A stretch of 64,000 nt of DNA from a virus. Taxonomy: Duplodnaviria > Caudoviricetes. The DNA lies in the IMG/VR virus record IMGVR_UViG_3300027782_000030, positions 32,001 through 96,000 of that record; one strand, 5' to 3'. Position numbers and translations under genes: made by a program. The notes under the pieces were generated by a model that worked only from the letters and a program-made list of their open reading frames with translations, did no database searches and was not told where the DNA came from. Numbering within the stretch: position 1 is the stretch's first letter; every line of letters starts with the position of its first letter. Shown one piece after another: positions 46,964-56,129 of this stretch.

Positions 46964-47469
46964 CCATACCTATTCATTTATCTTTCTTATATTATCCTTT
47001 ATTTGAAGATGAGCTAACGCTCATCTAAGACCTCACTTCGTTCGGTCTTATTCTTACTCTTAAAAATTCTTTTTAATCACTTAAGTAAGGAGATTACATT
47101 GCCGATTAGAGAGCCATGGTAGTGCTGTTCAGCACTACCAATGATTGGGACATTGCCACGACCGTCATCCATTGTCATCTTTTCCCCGTATAATCAGCTA
47201 TTTGGGCTATTATACGCTACCGGTTGCTCTGTAAAGTTTATCGGGACTGTAGTGAGACTAATCATAATATGACTGCCTCCGCAACGCACATTCTATAACG
47301 CAAAGATGAAGTTGTTATAGACTTGTTCAGGGTTCGCACACATAACGAGAGCCCTGTCGGTATTCCACAAGTACACTAGGTACTTGTGCTTACTCCAGAT
47401 CCATCGGCTACGAGCCTTACCTCGGCTGATTCAAGGAGGGTCGAGGAACCTCAACCAAACAAATTGTTA
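46964..47469. ncRNA. Candidate large structured non-coding RNA (or origin-like element)
   Basis: ~500 nt without a credible ORF; at least 7 hairpins (see findings). Confidence 0.5.
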
Positions 47470-48036
47470 TTATGTATTAAGAGGGAGAAGTGATTTAGTT
47501 TGAAGATTTGTAATTGACGTGGTGTCTGTTGTGCCTGAATATGTTTTTACTAAATCTTTATTGAGTTTAAAAAAATGATCAAATTCTATGATAAGCCAAT
47601 CGCCAAGTTTAGGACTAGTATAGTATAAAAATTGATCTGTGATCCACGTTAATTTGGATTGTACCGCGACAAATTTCCCCTTTCTGTTAAATTTCATAAA
47701 CAGTAAATTAAGATCATCGTCTTCGGCTACATCCATTAATTGAGCCAACCAACTATTTAGTTGCTTGCAATCACCAGTAAGTACTAAGTGAAAAGGGAAA
47801 TCAGCGTATGATTTACATTCTATGTTCATTCTACCGAAGTTTTGTCCAGGTACTACGTCGCCCTTAAAACTGCGAACCTGTCCTTCATGTAAAAAATCTT
47901 TACGCCGTTGATTACTGCCACCGATATATGCCCCTGAACCAGGAGCCCTAATAAAACTCTCGCCATACAAATTAGATAGAAATTTAGCAATTTCTCTTTC
48001 AAATGATGAGCCTTTGTTTTTGCTAGGTGATGACAT
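47470..48036 (-). CDS. PD-(D/E)XK Holliday junction resolvase-like nuclease
   Basis: KGSSFERE, GSGA, GDVV, IECK. Confidence 0.8.
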   Translation of the reverse strand: MSSPSKNKGSSFEREIAKFLSNLYGESFIRAPGSGAYIGGSNQRRKDFLHEGQVRSFKGDVVPGQNFGRMNIECKSYADFPFHLVLTGDCKQLNSWLAQLMDVAEDDDLNLLFMKFNRKGKFVAVQSKLTWITDQFLYYTSPKLGDWLIIEFDHFFKLNKDLVKTYSGTTDTTSITNLQTKSLLPLNT

Positions 48037-48070
48037 GTGTTTACTTATGATGATTTTAACGTATCAAAAT

Positions 48071-49825
48071 TTATTCTATCTCAGTGGCTGTACTATAACT
48101 AGTAAAACCTTTTTCCTTAATAACTTTCAATACATTGGGTACCCTACCAGCCAATTCTTCGCGGTGACTGACAAGCCAAATAGATTTTTGTCTACGGCGT
48201 GACATATCTTTAAGAATTGCTATAGCGTTTTCAACACCCATTGTATCCAACCCTGAATCAATTAATTCATCAATGAATAGAGTATTGATGGGTGAATATA
48301 AGTTCTCCCATACATCTCTAAAAGCAAAACTTAATCCTAAGATTAAACGATTGCGTTCTCCACGTGATAAATTATCAAAGTCAAGGTCTCTACCAAGTTC
48401 TGTAATTTCAACCTGAAGATCATTTTGAAATACAACTTGATGAGGTAGTCCTATCTTGTCCAAATAATGAGTAAGCCTGCTGTTAAGATAAGATAGATTT
48501 TGGTCTATAATCTTTTTACGAACAAATGAATCTTTACTACTTAATAGGTCAAGTAAGAATTTTTGATGTTCTAATGTTTTAGTTAATCGGTTAATATTTT
48601 CAAAATCAATTTCTTGTAGAGCCTGACTCTCCATTTCATTAATCTGTTCATCATACGGATCAACTTCTGCGGCTTTGTTTTCTATAGAAACTAAAGTATT
48701 AGCAATCTGACTAGAATGTTTAACTGCTTCCGCTTCGGTTTTATAATGTGTAGTGGGTTTAGTACTTACAAACACTGGATTAACTTCAAGACCTTGTATC
48801 GTGGCATGAAGTTCATCCAAATGCTTTTTACTTTCGGTTAACGCTTCAATCTTTTTATTTAAAACATCAGAATGAGATTCATCATGGAACTCTTGCCCAC
48901 ACGCATAGCACTTATGCTCTTTAAGAGTTTGAACCTCAGTATCTAACTTAGCCCAAGTTTTCTTTTCTTTGGCTAGATCGGCTTTTGCTCTACTAAGATT
49001 GTTTCCGTGTTCAGTTTGTAAACGAACCTGATCGTTATAGATAACCAAATCTTTGTGTGCTTGTAGTTCTTTCTCTATATCAATAGCACTTAACTTGGTA
49101 TACTCGGTAGCAAGTTTTTTCAAGTCTTCGTCATGTTTAGTTTTCCAAAGTTTTTGCCTACGCTTTAACGCTTCAATTTGTTCTTTAACACGCTTGTTGG
49201 CTTCTTCAATGGCTTTGACTTTGAATTCTTCAGATTGGATAGAGTCTTTGCTTTCTTTAATTAGATTTTTAATTACCTCAGATTTTTCTGAGAGAATTGT
49301 AATTCCTAAAAGTTGTTCAATAATGTTTCGTTGTTCGTTAGTTTTAAGAGCAAGGAATGGTTCGCTGTAAGTATTCAACGCAACAATATGCTTGAACATA
49401 TCCGCGGACATACATATAATTTTTTCTATGGCTTGTTGAGTTTCTTTGTTCTCACCTTGGGCATCATCAATGCCTTTTTGTAAGTCATTGTTAACATAGA
49501 ACCGAAGTATATTGGGTTTACGACCACGCTCAATCTTGTAGTCAATGCCATTAACACTAAACTCAAGTGTAACCATCATACCCCTACCATTGGTACGGTT
49601 GACTAAATTATCTTTTCTAATGCTATTAATGGGCACGCCAAACAGAGCATATGACAGCCCTTGAATCAGAGTAGTTTTACCAGTACCATTTCTAGCACCG
49701 TCACCGCCCAAGTCTAAGTTTTCACCTAGAATTAGAGTAAGTTCTTTCTTGTTAAAATCAACTGCTTGCGTTACTTGTCCAATAGACAAGAAATTACGCA
49801 AGGTAATATTACGAAATACAATCAT
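48071..49825 (-). CDS. gp46: SbcC/Rad50-like recombination ATPase
   Basis: NGTGKTT Walker A, CYAC zinc hook, LSRGE signature, FIDE Walker B. Confidence 0.95.
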   Translation of the reverse strand: MIVFRNITLRNFLSIGQVTQAVDFNKKELTLILGENLDLGGDGARNGTGKTTLIQGLSYALFGVPINSIRKDNLVNRTNGRGMMVTLEFSVNGIDYKIERGRKPNILRFYVNNDLQKGIDDAQGENKETQQAIEKIICMSADMFKHIVALNTYSEPFLALKTNEQRNIIEQLLGITILSEKSEVIKNLIKESKDSIQSEEFKVKAIEEANKRVKEQIEALKRRQKLWKTKHDEDLKKLATEYTKLSAIDIEKELQAHKDLVIYNDQVRLQTEHGNNLSRAKADLAKEKKTWAKLDTEVQTLKEHKCYACGQEFHDESHSDVLNKKIEALTESKKHLDELHATIQGLEVNPVFVSTKPTTHYKTEAEAVKHSSQIANTLVSIENKAAEVDPYDEQINEMESQALQEIDFENINRLTKTLEHQKFLLDLLSSKDSFVRKKIIDQNLSYLNSRLTHYLDKIGLPHQVVFQNDLQVEITELGRDLDFDNLSRGERNRLILGLSFAFRDVWENLYSPINTLFIDELIDSGLDTMGVENAIAILKDMSRRRQKSIWLVSHREELAGRVPNVLKVIKEKGFTSYSTATEIE

Positions 49826-50832
49826 AGATTATTATAAATGTCCAGCAAAAGCCTTTTGTCAAAACTATTGCTTTCTATCGCATTGATTTGGTCAATGATA
49901 ATTTGATCAACGGATTCAAATTTGAGTCCATCTGAATTGTATTGCTCAATGGCTTCTACCTTCATAGGTATAAGCGTCATTTCACGCAACTTATATTCAG
50001 GAATCATAGTTTCACGGATAAAATTGGCTTCTTCATAACTGATATCAATATCAAGATGTACTCTAACATAACTATCAATCAATAACAAACTTTCTGGGGT
50101 TTCTAGTATATCACTTAATTTATAAACACGGAATATAGGTTGTCTAGGCCAACTACGAAATACTGGATCACTTCCCCATTCTAGAATCATCATTCCCCTA
50201 GCATCATCACCCACATCAGCGTAATTGTGAGGGAAGGCATTGCCCATATACCAAATATTCTTTCGGTGTTGTCGTTTATGAAAATGTCCACTAAAAGCTG
50301 TTTCAAAACCTTGAACATGATTCTCATTTAGTTCTCCGTGATCGGGCATTTGAACCATGGCATTCATGTAGAAATGAGGTAGTTCAAGATGTCCAAATAG
50401 ATACTTACCAGACAATTTACCTAATTTTTTATAATCATCCTGAACCAACCAAGGGATAATAGATACATCACCTTGCTTGAAAAAATCATTAATGATAACA
50501 ACATTGGGTAAATGTTTTGCCCATTCAACGCTATGAATATCTCTACGGTCTCGGTAATATAAATCATGATTACCTGGGATAAAATACACAACATCAAATG
50601 CGGCACTTAGTTTTTCAAGTGCCTGTAATCCAAACTGAAGTGTGTGAATATTGATACTTGCTCTATGGTGATTATAGTCACCCAAAAAGAAACAAGTTTC
50701 ACAGTTTTCTTTTTTGGCTTCGGCGATAAACCAATCTACAAAATTAGCACAGTCTTGATTGTGTTGTAGACTGTTCGACTTAAGGCCAAAGTGTAGGTCT
50801 GTAAAAGCAGCCGCTTTCTTAAATAAATTCAT
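49822..50832 (-). CDS. gp47: SbcD/Mre11-like nuclease
   Basis: TDLHFG, LGD, GNHD, GHLE, SGHFH. Confidence 0.94.
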   Translation of the reverse strand: MNLFKKAAAFTDLHFGLKSNSLQHNQDCANFVDWFIAEAKKENCETCFFLGDYNHHRASINIHTLQFGLQALEKLSAAFDVVYFIPGNHDLYYRDRRDIHSVEWAKHLPNVVIINDFFKQGDVSIIPWLVQDDYKKLGKLSGKYLFGHLELPHFYMNAMVQMPDHGELNENHVQGFETAFSGHFHKRQHRKNIWYMGNAFPHNYADVGDDARGMMILEWGSDPVFRSWPRQPIFRVYKLSDILETPESLLLIDSYVRVHLDIDISYEEANFIRETMIPEYKLREMTLIPMKVEAIEQYNSDGLKFESVDQIIIDQINAIESNSFDKRLLLDIYNNL

Positions 50833-50847
50833 TTAAAATCCTTACGA

Positions 50848-51747
50848 TTATTCTTCAAATATTGGTGTATTAGAACCTACGCCCTGTCTTGACCAACTTG
50901 GGTTTAGTCCATTCATTTCTAAAATATCGTCACGAATATTTTGATTTCGTTTTTCGGTATTCAATACTCTACAAAAACTATTGGTAATAGCCGCGGTATA
51001 GTATGCGAATGGGTTAGCACTCTTTGCTTCATTGAATCTCAATCCAACATATGTTAACTGAAGAATAGCACTATTACGCATTTCATCATTATAAGTATAC
51101 CCACGCCAATTGTACTTCATAGCATATTTTTCACATAGCATGATATACATTTTGGCTAACTTATTAGTCAGAGTGCCATGATCCTTACTGAAAATTCCCG
51201 TACTCATATCGCCCTTCCAATGACTTTTTCCTACGCAATAAAATTTATTATCTTCATCAATTTTAAAATGTTGGAAAGGTGGAAAGTTTACTTTAACATG
51301 AACCATATCGTCTACTTCACCTTTAGTAGTAGTATCTTCCAAATCAGCAAAAATTGCGTCAGGGTCTGAATCTTCAAATTCAAAAATATCTATAGCAGTT
51401 TTTTTCTTAACAGTTTTTCTAGGTTGTTTGGCAGCAATAGGAACATGATCCCAAGTCATTACTCTAAATACTAGATCGCTAATTGGAATTGTTTCAGGGG
51501 CTATTTTAACGGGGGAATCTACACTTAATTTATTAGCCCTAGTTTCCCTAGCCTGTTGAATATTTTCAGGGGTTAAAGCAAATTCAAAGCATTCTTCTAA
51601 AGGGGAATGAGGCATATCAATGATTAGATCATAACTGCTGTATTCCGATTTAGTAAAGTAGCAGTAAGTTGTTTTGCTTTCATGAATTTCTTTTAAAATA
51701 TCTTTATTATTTAGGTAGTTAACGGGTTTTTTTGAAGGTAGAGACAT
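50848..51747 (-). CDS. gp55: Late transcription sigma factor
   Basis: NYLNNKDIL.EI; NWRGYTYNDEM...F...KS.NPFAYYT...NSF.R.L..EK. Confidence 0.88.
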   Translation of the reverse strand: MSLPSKKPVNYLNNKDILKEIHESKTTYCYFTKSEYSSYDLIIDMPHSPLEECFEFALTPENIQQARETRANKLSVDSPVKIAPETIPISDLVFRVMTWDHVPIAAKQPRKTVKKKTAIDIFEFEDSDPDAIFADLEDTTTKGEVDDMVHVKVNFPPFQHFKIDEDNKFYCVGKSHWKGDMSTGIFSKDHGTLTNKLAKMYIMLCEKYAMKYNWRGYTYNDEMRNSAILQLTYVGLRFNEAKSANPFAYYTAAITNSFCRVLNTEKRNQNIRDDILEMNGLNPSWSRQGVGSNTPIFEE

Positions 51748-51773
51748 AGGTTCCTTAAAATTATGCTGCCATT

Positions 51774-51802
51774 AGTATAGCAGAATGGTTGCTGTATAGC
51801 AA
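51774..51802 (-). promoter_or_regulatory. sigma70-type promoter for gp55-gp47-gp46 (extended -10)
   Basis: Minus strand TTGCTA-N17-TATACT with TGn before the -10. Confidence 0.7.
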
Positions 51803-51873
51803 TGTGGATTGGGAGAAAAGGGAAAATTAGCTACTTTTATTTATGCTAAATACAACTAAGGATTACCACAATT

Positions 51874-53544
51874 ATGGCTCAGTATACAAGTTCAGACACA
51901 ACCGAAGGAGGAGTAGTTGTAAATGCAATTCTTGATTCGGCTTCAAACACTATTACATATACAGTAACTACCGCTAAAGGTTTATCCACCTCTGTAACTA
52001 TACCATCAACACAAAACCCTCAACAAGGGGTTGCCACATTAAATGCTATAAGAAACCAATTAGCGGCAGCAAACGGGGGAAGTGCGCTTGGATTGGGGCT
52101 TACGGGAATTGGCCAACGGCTAAACGCAACTTGGGGAGATGTAAATCGTCAAGCAGAAAAAGCTCAAGCGACCGCAACGGCAACAGACACCCCAGTCCCA
52201 CAAGAATCACAACCTATACCAACAAACAATGCTGAAAATCCTCAAGTACCACCGGCAGCGCAGTCAGCACCAATACAGAATACCGTCCCTGAAGCACAGA
52301 CAACTGTACAAACAGCCCAAGTTCAAACTCCTGTAGCCCAAATACAAGTAACCACATTAGCAGAACCTACTCAAACTCCTGTACCTGAAAATGTTACACC
52401 GGCACCTATTCAGCAATATTCAAACAGACCTCCACAGCCGGCAGAAGAAATACCTTATACACAGCGTACAGTAGATGCAGATCCCACATCTACTATTCAA
52501 GCACAGGTAGCAGTAGAACAACAACAAAAACAAATTGCTATAAACACAGCAGGGCTACCGGTAGTAGCAGAAGATAACAGTGTAGCCACCGGTGTACTTA
52601 AAAATCCTGAAACAGGACAAACTTATTTTACTACTCCTCCTAATGAAATATCACAAAATCCTTCAGCAACAGGGTCATCAAGAGGCTTACAGGGAGCAAA
52701 AAGAAGAACACGGGCACAGGCTACATCACAAGATGCTGCTTATTTGGCTAGATTGCCTGATTGGAGAGTTAAATTACAGTTAGCACCAGGTGCAACATAT
52801 TTATATAAATCAACAACGGACGCTGGAATTTTGCAACCTCTACAAGAAACAGAAGGGGTATTATTTCCGTATACCCCTCAAATTCAGATTCAATATGGCG
52901 CACATTATGATCCTACGGATTTGACGCATAGTAATTATAAAATATATCAATACAAAAATAGCAGTGTAGATAATATATCAATAACCGCTGATTTTACTGC
53001 CCAAGATACTTATGAAGCTAGATACTTATTAGCGGTAATACATTTTTTCAGAAGTGTTACTAAAATGTTTTATGGAAGAGATGAGAATCCTAGAAACGGT
53101 ACTCCTCCTCCTTTATGTTACATAACAGGATTGGGGGAATTTAATTTTAATCAGCATCCGTTAGCAATAACTAATTTTACATATACTTTACCTAACGATG
53201 TGGATTATATAAGGGCCAACACTGAAGCAAATTCTCCACCTGGGGTTAATCAAAGTGCAGCCAATGTACCTAATAATACCGGTAACCCTGTAACAGCCAG
53301 AACAACTAGTTCTGGTATACAACCTGGAGGTAAATCATTGGGACCTAAATTTAATATCGATCCTTCAAAATATAAAACAGGAGCCAAAGATCCTACATAT
53401 GTGCCAACTAAAATGCAAATACAATTAACAGCAGTACCAATAGTGTCTAGAAATGTTATCAGTAATGTGTTTAGCTTGAGAGAATATGGATCAGGTAAAC
53501 TATTACAGGGGTCAAAGCACGCCGGCGTTAAGGGAGTTTGGTAA
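51874..53544 (+). CDS. Baseplate/tail-tube initiator (gp48/54-like) with P/Q/T-rich N-terminal extension
   Basis: GVLFPYTP, THSNY...Y.NS.V..I.ITADF, NG.PPP, N.HP. Confidence 0.7.
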   Translation: MAQYTSSDTTEGGVVVNAILDSASNTITYTVTTAKGLSTSVTIPSTQNPQQGVATLNAIRNQLAAANGGSALGLGLTGIGQRLNATWGDVNRQAEKAQATATATDTPVPQESQPIPTNNAENPQVPPAAQSAPIQNTVPEAQTTVQTAQVQTPVAQIQVTTLAEPTQTPVPENVTPAPIQQYSNRPPQPAEEIPYTQRTVDADPTSTIQAQVAVEQQQKQIAINTAGLPVVAEDNSVATGVLKNPETGQTYFTTPPNEISQNPSATGSSRGLQGAKRRTRAQATSQDAAYLARLPDWRVKLQLAPGATYLYKSTTDAGILQPLQETEGVLFPYTPQIQIQYGAHYDPTDLTHSNYKIYQYKNSSVDNISITADFTAQDTYEARYLLAVIHFFRSVTKMFYGRDENPRNGTPPPLCYITGLGEFNFNQHPLAITNFTYTLPNDVDYIRANTEANSPPGVNQSAANVPNNTGNPVTARTTSSGIQPGGKSLGPKFNIDPSKYKTGAKDPTYVPTKMQIQLTAVPIVSRNVISNVFSLREYGSGKLLQGSKHAGVKGVW

Positions 53545-53856
53545 ATGGCAACTAATACTATATATGGAGCAACTAGTCCATACCAGTTAACCGACATTGT
53601 TAATCAAAAATTTCTAGACATTATGGTAAACAGACCCATACCTGCATTAGCATCAGATGTATTTTGGTCTATAACAAAAGTATATGAATATAGGCCTGAT
53701 TTATTAGCATATGACTTGTACGCAGATTCTAGGTTATGGTGGGTTTTTGCACAGCGCAATCCTAACAGATTAAAAGATCCTTATTTTGATTTTATAACAG
53801 GTGTTCAAATATATTTACCAACATCCACTACATTAATAACAGCTTTGGGCAATTAA
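53545..53856 (+). CDS. Baseplate wedge protein (gp53/LysM-like)
   Basis: YEYRPDLLAYDLYADSRLWWVFA. Confidence 0.8.
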   Translation: MATNTIYGATSPYQLTDIVNQKFLDIMVNRPIPALASDVFWSITKVYEYRPDLLAYDLYADSRLWWVFAQRNPNRLKDPYFDFITGVQIYLPTSTTLITALGN

Positions 53857-53857
53857 T

Positions 53858-56128
53858 ATGGATGATTACTTAGTAAATTCTGCAGGGTTAGCTGTTAATG
53901 AGGATGAAACACCGGTTACCGCTGTTCCCCCTACGGTAAATACTACAACTTCTAATACTGGTACTACCCAAGCAGGAGATTCAGGAGTACCAGGAATTCC
54001 CAATCCAACTAGGCGTCCTAAAAATCCATTGGCAGATTTTGCTAGTTATACCTATCAAATATCTTTGTATATGATTACTCCTGATGCGTATGACGCATTT
54101 GTTAATAATGGTAGAAGAAATATAGATTTATTAAATCAGACTGGTACAGGGGCAGGGGCATATTTAATATGTCAAAGCGGTGGTATTAATTCAACTGAAA
54201 AAAGAGCAGCTGGATTTGAATTTGATTACTATATTGATAATTTGCAAATTAAAGGGGCAGTTTCATCAAACGCTACCGGGTCCCCAACAATAGAATACAA
54301 AATGTCATTTCAGATTGTTGAACCATATGGATTTTCTTTTATAACTAATTTAAAACTTGCCTCAGAACAAATTGCACAATACTCTCAAACTAAAAATATA
54401 AAAGATTTGAGAAATTCTAGCCGACAATTTTTTGTTTTAGGACTTAAATTTTTAGGATATGATATAGCTGGAAACTTAATGTCTACTAGTGGGCAAACAT
54501 TTGATCGTTATTTTGATATATTATTTAAAACAGTTAACTTTAAATTAGACGGACGTGCCACTGTCTACAGCATAGAGGCTGCTTCTATACCTTCATCAGT
54601 GGCAATGGGAACTAAAAGAGGTGTGGTTGATAAAGGCGCCCCATTAACGGGAAATAAAGTAGGTGAACTATTAAAATCATTGATGGGTAAATTAAATAAT
54701 GACCAACAGGCATTAGAAAATTCAGGTGCGATTAGTAAAGGATGCCAAACACTATATGAGGTTGAGTTTAGAGGCCCTAGTGTAGACGCAATAGAAAATG
54801 CTACTATAGTTAGTAAAGCCGATTTAGACAAATCAAAATGGCCCATGACTCAGGGTAAAAAAACAACTAATCAAGTTAATGAAAAATCGGCAGTGACCGC
54901 AAAACCTAATAGCAATGATAGGCAAGTAAATATTGAAAAAGCTACTCCTATTATACAAGCGATAGGTCAAATTATTTCTCAAAGTAGCTATCTATCTGAT
55001 GGATTAAAATCAGTTTATACCACTGACATTCAACCCGATCCAAACACAGATTCAGTAGACGCTATAGATAATGCGTCAAATAAAACATTGCGTTGGTATA
55101 ATATATCATCGGTTGTAAGCAATGCTAGATGGGATCCGTTGTTAAAAGATTTTGCGTATAATATTAAGTATATTATTGTGCCATATGAAATACCTATATT
55201 ACTTTCTGCATATGCTAATAGAACTACCCCATATTATGGTCCAGTAAAACGATATGATTATTGGTATACCGGAGAAAATTCTGAAGTAATAAAATATGAA
55301 CAAACGATGAATAATGCTTACTTTACTGTAAGCTTAGGCGCAAGTGATATTACTTCAAAATCTACAGGTGGGGGAGCCGATGTTCCTATTAATACTTCAG
55401 GCAAGCGTCAATCCGCTCCTAGGCAAGGCAAATTGGATGTAGGCTATGAAGCACAAAATAGTGTCACTACTAGTTTGTATGAACCAGGTGCTTGGGCAAC
55501 TGCTAAAATTGAAATATTAGGAGATCCAGATTGGTTGAGTGGGGAAGCTCCAGGAAGCGCTGATTTATATAAACCGTTTCAAGGTACAGATTTTGTAGTT
55601 GATGTTACTAGTGGACAAGTGTTCATTGAGATAGATTTTAAAGAAGCATTAGACTATGTACATAGTACCGGTACAATGAGGATTAATGAAGATTTATTAT
55701 TATGGGACTACCCACCTGAAATTAAAAAGAAAGTTAAAGGTGTTAGTTTTAGAGTTATAGAGGTAACTCATAACTTTAAAAATGGTAAATTTACCCAAGA
55801 ATTAAATTGTGCAATTAACACTTTTGGATTTGATCAAGGTTATGAAAATTCTGCTCGTGAAAAAGATGACAGAGCCAGATCACAAGAAAATCAAACCGAT
55901 GCAGAAACAAGAAGATTAGCATCAAAAACTCCAGTTGGGTTAATGCAAGATTCGCCTCCACCAAATAATGATACAAATGGAAATTTATCAAATCCTACAA
56001 GAAACACTACTGTAAACAATCAAGAAACAGTTAATACTAATAATGGTCCGGTAGCAAATGATGATAGTGGTTTAGATAGAACCACTATAGGTGCTACTAA
56101 CTTAGCAGGAGCTGGCAGGGAGACATAA
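53858..56128 (+). CDS. Baseplate hub protein (gp27-like)
   Basis: Lies between gp53- and gp5-like genes; I.GDP, V.H.F..G.FTQ.L. Confidence 0.6.
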   Translation: MDDYLVNSAGLAVNEDETPVTAVPPTVNTTTSNTGTTQAGDSGVPGIPNPTRRPKNPLADFASYTYQISLYMITPDAYDAFVNNGRRNIDLLNQTGTGAGAYLICQSGGINSTEKRAAGFEFDYYIDNLQIKGAVSSNATGSPTIEYKMSFQIVEPYGFSFITNLKLASEQIAQYSQTKNIKDLRNSSRQFFVLGLKFLGYDIAGNLMSTSGQTFDRYFDILFKTVNFKLDGRATVYSIEAASIPSSVAMGTKRGVVDKGAPLTGNKVGELLKSLMGKLNNDQQALENSGAISKGCQTLYEVEFRGPSVDAIENATIVSKADLDKSKWPMTQGKKTTNQVNEKSAVTAKPNSNDRQVNIEKATPIIQAIGQIISQSSYLSDGLKSVYTTDIQPDPNTDSVDAIDNASNKTLRWYNISSVVSNARWDPLLKDFAYNIKYIIVPYEIPILLSAYANRTTPYYGPVKRYDYWYTGENSEVIKYEQTMNNAYFTVSLGASDITSKSTGGGADVPINTSGKRQSAPRQGKLDVGYEAQNSVTTSLYEPGAWATAKIEILGDPDWLSGEAPGSADLYKPFQGTDFVVDVTSGQVFIEIDFKEALDYVHSTGTMRINEDLLLWDYPPEIKKKVKGVSFRVIEVTHNFKNGKFTQELNCAINTFGFDQGYENSAREKDDRARSQENQTDAETRRLASKTPVGLMQDSPPPNNDTNGNLSNPTRNTTVNNQETVNTNNGPVANDDSGLDRTTIGATNLAGAGRET

Positions 56129-56129
56129 T

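Noticed and set aside
47078-47179. 33-aa minus-strand ORF (MTMDDGRGNVPIIG...) in the structured region
   Set aside because: Short, runs through strong hairpins and has no recognisable motif; the non-coding explanation is preferred but unproven
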